A DNA stretch of 64,000 bases from Euglena gracilis (lineage: Eukaryota): assembly GCA_039621445.1 (NCBI GenBank), contig CP154954.1:46479847-46543846 (forward strand). Direction: 5' to 3'. The translations under genes and the position numbers were made by a program. Within the stretch, counting starts at the first letter, position 1; each line of letters opens with the position of its first letter. Positions 1 through 12,988 of the stretch are shown one piece after another. Below the pieces are notes generated by a model. That model did no database searches and was not told where the DNA came from. It was given only the letters and a program-made list of their open reading frames with translations.

Positions 1-809
1 GAGACAGCGGATCTCCTGAAGATGGGTGCGCAGCCACCCAGTAGCAGTGCACGTCCACCGGCACCAATTTTTGGGTCCCAAGGGCCCTGCCACTGGCCCG
101 CGGCCTCGGCTCCGCTGCTGCAGCCACATCAGCTGCTGATGCTTCAGCACCCACCAGACCGGCATCCACCTCCCCGGTGCAACAACACCCAGATTTAGCG
201 GCCACGTTATACCCCACAACCGGGGCGTGAGACTGGGGTATGACGTGGTGCCAGTGCATGGCAACCAGCAGCCGGAGAAAGGTAGCCCTCAAACACCCGT
301 CATTTTGGGTACAAGGAATTGTTGAATCTTTACCACTGGATTGGGCGCATCACACCTGTGGGACTCACTCCCCCCAAATTATGCACAAAAACTGGTGTGT
401 TTTACGTATTTTAAGGAAATTGCTGGAGAAAAACCAGAAAACGGACTCCGGCCTGACACATCCGGGGTATTTCAGGTGCCAAATTTTGACTTCTTGTAAC
501 GCAGTACAGTTGCAGAAAAGGTGTCGAACAGTCACAGGTCGTTTGCACGTAATCAAATCATGATGTTTAACTGCCAAACAGATGACGCCAAAGGAACAGG
601 CCGTGTGGGCCAGGTCACAGCAGTACAAATGTACACACATAAGCCAGGCAAATTTTGGCCAGTGAGATGCCGTGTTCCAGCGAGCATTACACACTGCCTC
701 TCACCACAAATTTCATCGCCATGTAATCGTGGTCAATGGTTGGCGTGTGGAATTGCGTTCGCCAGCCGTCACAAAGGAGGAGATGTTATTGCAAAACTGA
801 TGTGTGTTG

Positions 810-1215
810 GTGCCCGCATTTGCGCAAATAAACAAACTTTGTTTGTGTGTAAGGCTTGCCGAAACGCATCTTTTGAAGCGGTTTATTAATTGTTTATTTG
901 CGCATTTGCGCAAATGCGCGCACAAACGTAATTGTGTTTATTTGCGCAATTGCGCCCACCAAACCTCGTACGGTCATGGTCCTCATTGGTGTCTTTTAAC
1001 ATGAAAAAAAATACATGTTTATTTGTGCATCTGCACAAATAAACATAACTTTGTTGGTGTGCGCATTTGCGCAAATGCGCACACCAACAAATTTGTTTGT
1101 GGGCGCATTGGCGCCCACAAACACGCCATTTTAACGTCGTGTTTACGTTTTATTAGCGCAGATGCGCCCACAAACACAATTGTTCTTATTTGCGCAAATG
1201 CGCCCACAAACACAC
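810..1215. repeat. Array of palindromic GCGCATTTGCGCAAAT-type motifs
   Basis: Motif recurs several times in both orientations. Confidence 0.75.
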
Positions 1216-1483
1216 ATCAGTTGTGTGATGGCTGGCTGACGTAGTCTGTCGGTGTGTGTGATCTAATGAGGCTCAGTGTGTTCTTATCGGCGGTGGCAGT
1301 ATCACAGTCAGTTCAGCCAGCACGTCAGCACCATTTCCAAGTGTCGTAACAAGGGGTGTGTGCCTCTCTCCTGTTTGACATACAACAGCACAAGTCTCAC
1401 CCTCTGCCCTATTTGCGTCAATTGGTAAATAACATTTACACCAAACTACTGGGAGTTAATACCCTCCAATAGAGGGTTGTAAC

Positions 1484-1801
1484 CAGGCTGTATTTTAGTC
1501 GGGTGCCGACCCCACCCCGGGGGGGGGGGGGTGCCTGCCTGGGCAGGCACCCCAAGGCACTCCAAATCCGACCCCCCCGGGGGGGGGGGGGGTAGGGCAC
1601 ACGGCCAAAAGTGCCCTAGCACAACCCCGGCGCCGAAGGCGCCGAGGAGCCAAAAATGGCCTATTTTCAAAGGAATGTGCCCGGGCACAGGCCGAAATCC
1701 GACCCCCCCCCCCCGGGGGGGGTAGTGCCTGCCTGGGCAGGCACTCACAGGCACTCCGGACCCCCCCTCCCCCCGCCCGGGTTTGGTAAAAAAACAGCCT
1801 G
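1484..1801. mobile_element. MITE, CAGGCTGT termini, 8-bp TSD GTTGTAAC
   Basis: TIRs and perfect TSD; related copies at ~47735-48034 (inverted) and from ~40556. Confidence 0.85.
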
Positions 1802-3138
1802 GTTGTAACGGTTCATAAATTGTATTCCGTGTGACAGGGTACAGAGCCCAGGAATTTCGTAGAATTTGCGCATTTGCGCAACTGTGCAAATTCTAAAGAA
1901 AAACCCTTAAGTGCGAATTCGGCCGCCTAAGTGCCACCGACCACCCAGGCGGTGCAACCTGTCAGGGGACTACGAGATCCTTCTCTCCAGGGTTGGAAAA
2001 AATTCATCTCTGACCATATGTTTCTCAGCACCTGCCCAGCAGGCAGCCAGGCATTTTTTTGAAAGGCTTTTTTCAGAATTTTAATTCATTTTTAAGGCTT
2101 TTTCAGGCATTTTAAAGCTGTTTAAGGGTTTTTTTCCCCCAGGGTGGTCCAAGGGCTATCATCATCGAACCAATTTTTTTGATCTTGCACGTGAGCCAAA
2201 ATCAAATTAACGTTGAAGACCGCATTTTTTTTAAGTTTTGGTCGGATGGACAATGTTCCAGCGATGCCAGAAATCATTTTTTCCTCCCGAAGTTGACCTG
2301 TTTTTGCCGAGATTTGGCGCTTTCATTTTCAGATCAAATTCTGCCAGCCCAAATTTGTTAAGGCATTTCAAGGCATTTTAAGGCATTTTGGCACTTTTAA
2401 GGGTTTTGGGTTCAGGTCAGAAGTCCTCCTCCCCCCTCCTGGGGGGGGAGGGGAGGGGAGTGGGTGGGTGGGTGGGTGGGTCTGGGACCCCCCCCCGGGG
2501 TCTGGGGTGCGTCGTCACGGTGAAGGAGACCCTCCCTAACTAAAGTGGAGTATGTGCCTGCACTTGGTGGCCGGCGTGGTAAACAAGGTATGTCCATCCA
2601 TGCTCCGGCCATCCCCACGTTTTACAGACAAAAAGGGCCAGAGCGAAAAACAGCACCGGAAGAAGAAGGGATAAAAGGCACCAAACAATCAGCCACAGTG
2701 CACACAGGGGGTCCGGGGCAGGGTTTGATATACCTCCCCCCCCCTTGTCTAAGCACCACCCCCCGGTTCTTACCCATCTTTTTAAAGGTCATCGTCACGG
2801 GGAGGTTTATTTTGTGTGCATTTTAAGGGAAATTTCTCAAAGATTTCGAAATTTCTGCAACTTCTGAGACCTGATTTGGTGAGGTATTGTTGAGTTCTGC
2901 ATCAAAATGTGTGTAAGTTCAACAGTGGACCTCCAAATAAGGGGAATTTTTCCTTTTTGGCGCGAAGCGCCGGATTTTTTTTGCAGTCAAATTTTTCCCT
3001 TTGTTTAAGCACCACCCCCCTGGTTCTTACCCATATTTTGAAAAAATAAGCACCATCCCCCCGGTTCTTACCCATCTTTTCCGGTGCTTAGACAAGGGGG
3101 GGAGGAGGAAAGGAGGGCGTACATGGTTTAGGTGGGGG

Positions 3139-4339
3139 CAAGCACCTATGCCGACCGCAGCCGACCGCAGCCGACCGCAGCCGACCGCAGCTGACCGCAG
3201 CCGACCGCGGCCGACTGCGGGTTTCAGGACTGTCATAGGTGGGGTGCCGACCGCAGCCGACCGCAGCCGACCGCAGCCGACCGCGCAACTTTTTTCTAGT
3301 TGATGTCAATTTTTCAGTGAGAATGAGGAATTAGGCTCATTTTTATCCCAGATGTTGAGATTCTTCTGGCTCATCTGGCTCATGTTGTCATTTTTGGCCA
3401 CTTTTGGCCACTTTTGGCCATTTTTGGGGGTGAGTCGGGTTGCGGGGGGGGGGGGAAGGTTGCGGTGGGGGAAACCAATTTTTCTAGGTCAAAATTAGGA
3501 ATCACCAAGTCACAAAATTTGGATGATGCCACCCAAAATTAGGCATTTCCACACATCAAATTAGGATTTTGGTTCCAAATTGGGCATCGCCAACCCAAAA
3601 TTTTGACTCATTTGCCCTTATTGGAGCCAAAAATGTGCACGACAACTATATTTTAACCAAAATTAGGCATCTCCCACCCGAAAGAAATTTTCCCAAAACT
3701 GGGCCTCTGGTCGGGTTGCGGGGGGGTTGCGGGGGGGGGGGTTGCGGGGGGGTTGCGGGGGGGACACCCCCTTTGGTCGCTTTTGTCCCCTTTTGGCCCA
3801 TTTGTCACCATAATTCACCCATTTTGACATATTTTGACCATTTTTGGCCACTTCTTGTAATTTTGGGCCATTTTGTCCTGCTCTTGGGCCATTTTGGGCC
3901 ATTTTGGGCCATTTTTGACCATTTAAAGCCATTTTCGACCCGATCCTTTTTGTTATTTTTGCCCATTTTTTCAAAAGAGGTCAAAGCAAAGCAAGAGCTG
4001 GCCAAAAGCAGCCAAAACACAGCAAAAAGTGAGCAAAAGCAACAAAAGTGACCAAAAGAAAGCAAACGGCAGGAAAAAAGGGCAAAGTCAGCAAAAAGTG
4101 ACCAAAAGTCGGCAACAGTGGCCAAAAGCATTCCAAAAACATCAAAAATTGGCCAAAAGCAGGAAAAAGTGACCAAAAATCGGCAACAGTGGATTGTGTG
4201 ATTGTGGTATATGCTCATTTTTTGTTCGCCTGCCCCCTACCTACGGCCAACTACTTTGCCGACCGCTGCCGACCGCAGTTGACCGCAGCCGACCGCAGCC
4301 GACCGCGGGCTGAAATTTGGAATCTGTCATAGGTGCTTG
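3139..4339. mobile_element. Non-autonomous TIR element, TIR CAAGCACCTATG, 8-bp TSD GGTGGGGG, subterminal (GCCGACCGCA)n arrays
   Basis: Perfect 12-bp TIR and TSD; 10-mer tandem arrays near both ends. Confidence 0.85.
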
Positions 4340-4999
4340 GGTGGGGGGTGTCCCCCCACCCCCCCCCCACTCACCACGCAGCAAACTGGGCCAGAAGCGA
4401 AGTTAGCGCCGGCCATAAACAGACAAGAAGCCTTGGTGCAACTAAGGGGGGTCCGTACCACCCCCCCCCCCACCTGCCAGGGGGGTCCGGACCGACCCTG
4501 AGGGGGTATCCGGGACCCCCCCCCAAAAGGGTCAATTTTTTATCGACAGAAAATCGATTTTTTTTGGGAAGTGCCCTCAGACGACTCAGACGGCTCGATT
4601 TTTGGGGGTCCCCCATGCCAGGCTGGGTGGGGGGATCCCCCCTCCGGGGGTCTTCAGAAAAGCCTGGTTAAGGGCTGCCCGGGCAGCCCAGGGGATTAAT
4701 TGCAACCTGCCCAAAGAGTCATCAGCATTCAGTTCGGTTGGTGCCGTTCAAACCGTTCAAAACCGTTCAAAATTCCACCACGGCATTTGGCTGGGCCAGA
4801 TTGACCCACGGAACCCCCCCCCCCCGGAGGGGGTTCATTAGCCAGCACCAAGGTGGGTGGGTGGGTGGGTGTATCGACCACTCACCCCCCACCCAGCCCT
4901 GGGGGTCATGCATGGGTGGGCCTGTGAAAAGTGAGCCCCTGGGGAACCAAGCAAATCTGTGGCTACCGCCTCGGCCAAGAAGGGAGCAAACTGAATTTG

Positions 5000-5172
5000 C
5001 GAGGGAGCCCCGAGGTCTTCGACCCTTCCATCCGGCAGGCATGCATCCTGTTGACGTCGGGGACCATGCCGTGTGGCAGCTGTACTTCGCGGTGCTGTCC
5101 ATCGTCCAGCAGCGGCGCCACAACAAGGCAGAATGGCCAACGCTTCCCACCGCAGTGCCCGCCGCCGTCCAG
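5000..5172 (+). CDS. Candidate exon of an unidentified plus-strand gene
   Basis: GC3-rich: GDHAVWQLYFAVLSIVQQRRHNKAEWPTLPTAVPAAVQ; possible frame break near 5040. Confidence 0.35.
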
Positions 5173-5562
5173 TGTGTTGCATCCTTTTCATTGGCTTTTC
5201 ATTGGTAGAACGGCCGACCGTCGTGGTTTTCTAATTTCCCTCAAAAAAGGCACTCCCCGTTGTGTGCGATGATGGGTGGAACTCCCCCCCCTTATCGAAG
5301 CACCACCTTTGTCTGAGCAACCACTCAGATCTTACCCATCTTTTTTTAATGGTCATCTTCTCGAGGAGGCTTATCTTGTGACCGGTTTTAATAGAAATTT
5401 CTCGAAGTTTTCGAATTTTTGGAAATTTTCGAGTTTTTTTTTGCATCTAAAAGCCTGTGAAGTTCAACACTACCTTCAAAATAAGGTGATTTTTTTCGTT
5501 TTCACGCGAAGGGCCAGATTTTTTTTGCAGCCAAAAATTTTCCCCTTGTCTAAGCCCCCATG

Positions 5563-5907
5563 CAGGCAATTGCTTAAGCACTGACCGACCCCCCCCCCCC
5601 GGGGGGGTGGGTGACTGGTTTTTTCTGAGTGGCTGACTGGTTTTTGGCCCGGACCCCCCCCGGGGGGGGGGGGTCGGCCAGGAGTGGGCAAAAGTGACTT
5701 GAGTGACCCCGGCGCCGAAGGCGCCGGAAAAAATTTTTGGGCCTAAAATGGCCTAAAGTGACTGGAAAGTGGCCGTTTTCCTGAGTGGCCAACCCCCCCC
5801 CCCCAGGGGGCAGTGACTGGCTGGTTTTTTGAAAATGAGTGACTGACTGGTTTTTAAAAAAGTGGAGTGACCCCCCTCCCCCCCGGGGGTCGGTAAAAAA
5901 TTGTATG
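5563..5907. mobile_element. MITE (CAGGCAATT...AATTGTATG), TSD 7/8 match
   Basis: Related inverted copies at 46134-46458, ~40640-41015 and from ~51090. Confidence 0.8.
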
Positions 5908-8900
5908 ACCCCATGGGTCTTTCCCGTATTCTGGCAAATTGAGCACCCCTCCCCCAGTTCTTACCCACCTTTTTCGGTTAGTTAAACATGGGGGGGGTTC
6001 AACCACTTTTGGTCTTTTAATTTGCAACACAGGAAGGCAACATATCCCCATTTTAATTTTTTCCATTTGTCAATTTGGTTTCCAGGATTGGTTTTGTTTT
6101 CTTTTTGCGTATCTGTGTCTGTGAAAATCTTCGTGGGAGGAAATATTTTGTGTTTTTGAGAAAATCATGGATTATCAAAGTGCTGTTAAGGGAGAGTTGC
6201 ACTTTTCTCATTCTTTCTGTTTTTACAGACCTCAGAGGTGCTCCTGCAATTTCGGCATTTGTGCGACGCAAGTTGACACTGGATTCCATGTCACTGCGAC
6301 AGATGAATGTTTGGATGGGAAATTTATCATAATAAACCTGAATGCAACACTCATTGAAGCATATCGGATTAAAGTGTTCTTTCTTGTTTGTATGTCAAGG
6401 AGTTCCGAGATTGTGATTATCGCCCGCTGCGTTCCACATGAGAAAACAATCGCACAAGAATACGGAAGTTCTTTTGGTTCACTTTCAGATTTCTTGGTCG
6501 TGATGTGTGTGAATGCCATTATCCATGTTATGTTTTGCTTAATTATGGGTTTGTTCCCAAATTGATGCATTGGATTTGAGGAGTGTTGTGTTTAAGGAAG
6601 GATTTGAGGAAGATGACAAAAGAAGAAGATTTAAGTCAGGCAATTTCTTTACACAAACAAGACATTCAAACCTGAAGTCATCCAATGCCTTTTTTTCACA
6701 TCAAAAAATCGACAGAGATTTAGAGTTTCTTTGTAACAAAAATCAGCAAAGCTTTTGGCAGCCACAAGGTTTAAGCTTGAAATTCATGTCACCAACAGTT
6801 AAAGAACCATGTGATGTGCCAGAAGACATTCTAGCACATCAGCAGCTAGAAGACATTCCCAATAACTGTATCACCAATACTGACAACGTGCAGACTAATT
6901 TTGCACTGAGGTGTTGTGAGGCATAATTTGGAAACCAGTTGGCGACCCAGCATCGAACGGATGCTTTGTCTGCAGCAAATGTATCAAACCACCACCAATT
7001 GAGCAAGTTTGCAATCAAATACATGATTTCTCCAAAAGAGTGTTTCAGACAAAAACATTTACAGTGCAATTTGATTGATTATTTTGCCATCGGCCATTTT
7101 TGCCATCGGCAGCTTCAAAACTGTGCAAGAAAATGCCAAATGTGAATGGAGGTCTTCATGGGGTCGCAATTTCCATTTATTTGGATATTCACACCATTTC
7201 AGCTTCTTTATTGTGCTTTTTTTTTTTGCAGTTTGTTGCAGTTTTTTTGCCATTGTGTTTTTTTTTTGCAGTTTGTTTCAGTTTTTTTGCAGTGCAGTTT
7301 TTGAACGACCCATGTGCAGTTCCCCCCCCCTGGCTGCAGGTCCGACGTTCCAAATTCTTCGGTCTGTTTCGTGCCAGAACCGCTCTGGATCTGGGCAATT
7401 GCTGTCGGATTCGGGGAGGAATCACGCTGAATCTTAGGAATAAGGTTAGGGTTTGGATTGGCACTGTTCAAGGAAACTGTTAAACTAGAAGTTAGGTTTT
7501 CGGTCACATTTTCAACAAAATTTCTCCAAAGTCGGCCTCGATTCGACCGAACTCACTCCGGAATGTGGCTGACTTCTCCTCAGAGCGCTTTGGGTGCAAA
7601 TTGGCAAGGGGAGGCATCCAATATGGAATTGTGACTGTGCTGGACCGAACGCCAACCCCAAACAGCCACTTCTCTGCCTCCACTGCGCCACAGGTCACTC
7701 TCATTCACCAATCGATCCAGCCAAAGGACCCCCACTAATACAGCACCACCACCAGGGGATTTGTTATCGTGTGAGGAACTCCACTGGAGGGGGGGGCTGC
7801 CGCCAGCCAGCAGCTCCCAGACCGGCAAACCATCCCCCACGTCCAGCATTCTGTCCAAAATGGCGTTTTTGAGGGTTGGGAGGGGGTTTCTCATGACCTC
7901 TCGGCTTCCAAACTGCAATCCCGCTGGACTCCAGTGCTTTGCCTGGGGTTGGGGGCCAGCGTGGCAGCCGGCAGCTCTCCCCGGGCACCAACCCCTTCAG
8001 TGTGAGAAATCCCCTCGCCGCCTCCCCCGCTGCCCTGCCTTGGCTGGCCTCCAGCCTCGGCCCCTCCACCGCCCAGGCCTCTGCCAGGGCGGACCATGGA
8101 GGACCGGCGTGGCTCGTGGCTGGGGTCGGCTTCCCTTGTATTGAACCCTGTCCCTCCTCCCCCAGGGGTTGGTAAAGAGAAGCCTGACCTCCCCGGCAAG
8201 AAAGCATCTGTGACTGTTGTGCAGCCTGTGGTGGATTCTCGGAGGGTGGCGGAGGGACGGTGGGTAGATTATGCCTTGCAAATGCTTTGTTTTCTTCTTG
8301 TAAAATATATCAAGCACTCATGCATTCAAGTACCGTCCCCAACGTTTTCACGTCATCAGCATTGTTGTTCCATTAAAGAACCAATCTAAACGATAAATGT
8401 ATTAAACAGCTCTGAAGAACCAATAAATGTATCAATCACCTCTCTGTTTACCATCACCGTCCCTCACAGGACCAGTGTCAGCATTATTTGGCCGTTGCCC
8501 AATTACATATAATACAGAAGACCAAATGTCTCATTGGAGATTGCACCGGTTCTCAAAGACGAAAATGCAATGGGAACCATGGCCGGCCAGCTGATGCAGT
8601 GCAAAGTCATTTGGAGGCCACAATGAGGACCACAGGGTTCCCGGGTTCTTTGGCAGTGACCGGTGAGTGGGCCGCAACTGGGCTTGAGCGGTGGTCAGTG
8701 GGACCTGACCCCACACTACCCGCACAACAGAGAAGGGGCCTGGTCCTCCTGACAGCGTTGCCCCCTCCCCCGGCCCCGCAGCCCCCCGACGTCGGCCCAC
8801 CCCTGCAGGCGTGTCCCCCAGCCCAAAGCCCAACCAGCAGCCCTGGAACCCCAAAGTCCCTCCAGCATTTCATGCCGGATTGATTGCATGAAAGCATTCA

Positions 8901-10649
8901 GCATTTTGGCCCAGAATTTACCCAAGAAAAATGCCCAAAATCGCATTCTTGGCTGATTTCAGGAAAGCAATTTTCGGTTGGGCTGAGGTTTGGTCAATTT
9001 GGCCACTGCGCAATGATTTGGGCGGCAATACCCCCTCTGTGACCAGAGGCACCGCCTGTTGTTATGTCGAACTCGTCCTGGCTGGTCCTCCCCAGGGGAG
9101 ATGTTGTCTCACATCTGGCTTGTGGAAGTGCAACCGTTCCCCCCCTGGGTCTGAAGGAAAGGCCTGTTTGAGAGGGGAAAAATCTGATTGTTGCGTGATT
9201 ACAGCTAGGACCCCCCCGGACCCCCCTCCAGGGGGGCTCAGAAAGCATTTTTTTCTGCCCCCCCCCCTGCGGCCCCTGCCTGAATTGCCGGCATTTGCCC
9301 CCAAGTTCTTGGGAGTAGTCCAAGGGGCAAGTCCCCATACCAGTCCCCAGGGAGTTGTAATTTTACAATTACAATCACCCCCCCCTCTGCACCGGCCGTT
9401 TTGCATGCCGGACGCCTTGGCTTGTTGTGCCACAGGGGAAGGGATGGTTCGATCCCCCGGTGGAAGGCATTACCTCATTGCCCCCAACTTCTTCGCCGCC
9501 CCCACTGGGAAGGCCCATGACGGCGCTGCAGCACCACTTCTCCATCGCTGGTAGACTCCCCATCTGTGTGACTAATTGTGTGTATGCGCACTTGGGATAG
9601 AAAGAATAGATGTGTTGTTGCATTGTTTGTGCGATTTGATTTGCACAATTGTGCCGAGTTGAATATCTCCACCCAGTCTCAGGTGATTCCTCACAGATTT
9701 CTGTGTGCATCTTGGGCTAGATGGAGCCTCTGGAGTGGATTTGGGGGGGGTCTGCATAAAACACATCTGCATTTTGTGTGTATGTGCATTCCAGGGTTTA
9801 TTTTGAAGTTTTCTAGAGTGTTTGTGGTTTTTTCTTTGCATTTTCGCCAGGATTTGCTGGGGACGACTTCTCTTTTTTCAAGCACACATTTGCCAATTTG
9901 GCCTCAAAGGGAGTTGGTTTTGTTTCTCCTATTTGACAAAAACCCAGGCACAAATACCTTGAAACCCCCCTGGGAATTTATGTAGTTTTCGTTATTTTTT
10001 GTGTCAAAAACAGGAATTGAAAATTCTTCTTTATTCGTTGGGGGAGTTCAGATCAGCTCTCTAGCTTATATATTTCACACCTTCCAAAGTAGTACATGCT
10101 CTTGAATTTCAGTGAGTCAATCTGACAAGGGTACGATATTTTCAGTTTTAAGGGTCTGTGTAATTCTGAAAAAATGTTCTTTATCATCATCTTAAATGTT
10201 CTGAGATCAACCAGAAATGCGCATTTTTGGCAGTGTTTTTTTTTCTTCAAGTTTAACAGAAAGTGACACCAAGTTGCATTATTTGGAGGGTGTTTTTTTT
10301 ATTTAAAACATCCCAAAGTGTGGGTGGCAAGATGGGGGGGGGACAAATGGCAACTGAGTAAGCCCTCACAAATAAAAGCAACCTCTCGCTATATGCAACC
10401 CAAAAACATGAACAACCCTTTGGCCCATTTTGGCCCGACACCCAAAACAAACCAAATCCCAAATCAGAATCAACCAATCCCAAATTTAAGCAACCCCAAG
10501 GGCGATCTTCTGAAACCTAAATATAAGCAATTGGTTGCCATAGTTATTCACAACAACTAATTGTGCTGGTCAGTGGCCATTTTTGGCCCACAACCAGGTA
10601 GGCACGACCACCCCCCCCCCAGGGACGGGGGGTAGCCTTCCTGCCCAGG

Positions 10650-10820
10650 CACTCCAGGGCACTCCGAGGCCCCTCTCCCCCCCGAGATTGGTCAATTTCG
10701 GCCTGGCCTTCGGTGCAGAGAACGTCCCCTCGGGGGAGCTGACGGCGCCGCAGTTCTCCGCCCTGGCCGCCCTGGCCCGCATGGCCCGCTGGGACCCGGC
10801 CGAGCCCCTCCCGCTGGAGG
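10650..10820 (+). CDS. Candidate exon of an unidentified plus-strand gene
   Basis: GC3-rich codons: LVNFGLAFGAENVPSGELTAPQFSALAALARMARWDPAEPLPLE; boundaries not resolved. Confidence 0.4.
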
Positions 10821-11742
10821 CTGCAGATTTTGACCACGCCCCCCCCCCCCCCGCCTTTGCAGGGGCTTCCCTTTTTTTGCAATTGAAAAACACCAGCCCA
10901 CTGAAATTTGTGCACATGTGTGGCTACGTGTGTGTGGATGTCCCAAACAGCATTCCCCTGCAATCGTACTGCACACAGTTTTTTCGCACACTTATTTGGG
11001 AAGTGTCCCAGAAGATTGAGTTGCATTCCTTTTGTGTGTGATTCCCTTCCATTGAAACGACCTGTTCTTCACTCGGTTCATGGCTCAAAAACTATTTTTC
11101 ATGCTGACTTGTTTGGTTTTCTCTCCTTCCTGCGTCCAGGTCCCCATTACGCAATCATATTCGCAGGGGTGTTCTGTGCATATGTGTATTTCCATGTTTT
11201 TGAGGCCCAAAATCACGTGACATCTTAATTTATACCAGTTTACATGTAGCTTGAAGAGTCAAAGGAAGATCTTCGTGTTTTTGGGAGCTTGAAAATGATT
11301 TTGGTTTTGATGATGATTTTTGGGTCACATCTGTCAAGTCAGAAAACCAAAATCTAAAAATAAGACCCTCTCCAAATAAGATTCCCTTGGACGTTTCCAG
11401 AAATTAATCTTTTATGGGGTTAGCCATAAAAGTTATGGGATTAGCCATAAACACAAACTTTTTTTTGGGTTTTCACATTTTGTTATTGTTGTTGTATTTG
11501 CAAAATTTGTATTTTTGACGTTTTTTTGTGTTGTTTGTTTGTGTTTTTCGGTGTTTTTTCTTAATTCAGTTGGGAAGTGTTTTCGACACTGAAAATTCGG
11601 ATTTGGATGTTATTTCCCCTGAGACCAAGGTTTTTTCGAATTCTTTGTTATTGTGGTGTTTTTGCCAAATAGTATGCTTTCAAAGTCATCACGTTCCAAA
11701 ATTACAGAAAACGTGTTATCACGCTTTTGTTTCTCCCGGACC

Positions 11743-12389
11743 CAGGGCAGAACGGGAATCGACCGAACAGCCAGGGTGGTGGGCGGGGGGGGGGGGTCGA
11801 CCCCCCCCCACCCCCTGCATGGTTGCATGGTGGGTGGGGGGGTCGACCACCCCCCCACCTCTTCCCGGGCTTCCCGGGAGCATCAATTTTTGGACCCGGA
11901 AAGATTTTTCGGCGACTTCGGCGCCGGGGGTTTTTTTTTTGACCCATTTGGGGCCCATATTGGGGGTCCCCCCAAAAACCACCCAACGCCCCATTTTTCA
12001 CACCTTCCAAAAATTCAACATTTTCTCAAAATTTTGATTTTGAGAGTTTTTGAAGCAAAAATTTCCATTGAAAGTCCAAAAAGTTTTAAACAAAAAAAGT
12101 GTCAGTAAAATTTGACTGTGCCAAAATTTGGTCCACTTTTTTTTCTTTTTTTCACCCCCCTCCTAAAAACTACCAATTTTTAACCCTGAATTTTTTGAGG
12201 TTTTTATTTGAAAAAATGTGGTTTTCCATCAAAAAATCATGTATTTCAGGGTCATTTTTTCAAAAAAAAATTTCAATTTTTTTTTGGCCAAAATCCCCGT
12301 TTTCCCGAAATCGGTCGACCCACCACCCCCCACCTCCCGGGGGGGGGGGGTTCGACCACCTCCCCACCAGGCCTTCCCGTTCTGCCCTG
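11743..12389. mobile_element. MITE, 16-bp TIR CAGGGCAGAACGGGAA, 8-bp TSD CCCGGACC
   Basis: Perfect TIR and TSD read directly from the sequence. Confidence 0.9.
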
Positions 12390-12563
12390 CCCGGACCCCC
12401 AAAAATGAAAAAAAATCGATTTTTTTTTGGTTTGTGTTTTGCTTCGTGTGATTTTTAACATGCTCCACGTTGGCTGCACTCCCCCCTGCTCTTTTGGGTC
12501 CTGGGCATTTTTTTTGGCGATGAGTGAAACCTCCGTACATCCCATCCCCCTTGAATGTGGGTG

Positions 12564-12566
<3 letters not shown>

Positions 12567-12650
<84 letters not shown>
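12567..12650. repeat. (GT)n microsatellite
   Basis: About 84 bp of perfect GT repeat. Confidence 0.98.
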
Positions 12651-12651
<1 letters not shown>

Positions 12652-12808
12652 GCCAATGAACCTTTCAGAATGCGTGAATATATGCATTCATGCACTCACG
12701 TAACATGCACGGGGGCCATGGGGGAAAATTGGAAGGAGTTCCATCTCAAAAAAAGTTGAGGTTAGGGAATGCAACCAAAGCGCAGGGCAGCCAAGTCCTC
12801 TGTGCCAG

Positions 12809-12988
12809 GTTGGGGTTGCTGGGGGCGGACGGCGATCGGCTCGGGGCCGATCCTGAACTGGCGCCCTGGGGGCCGCCTGGGCATCGAGGAGACCATCGCC
12901 CTGTGCGCCGCGTTCGAGTATGTGTCGCGGTCCTCATGGTTGCTCCTCCCCTGGTCCGGCTCACCAGCCACCGTCGCACGTGGCATAG
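12809..12988 (+). CDS. Candidate exon of an unidentified plus-strand gene
   Basis: GC3-rich ...RLGIEETIALCAAFEY...; flanked by CAG and GTATG; possible homopolymer frameshift. Confidence 0.3.

Noticed and set aside
3149-3285. CRISPR-like appearance of short repeats (also 38798-39140)
   Set aside because: No unique spacers of regular length and no cas genes; these are subterminal arrays of TIR elements in eukaryotic DNA.
6070-7150. AT-rich stretch with several 100-130 aa ORFs, a possible decayed transposase
   Set aside because: Interrupted by stops and no recognisable motif.
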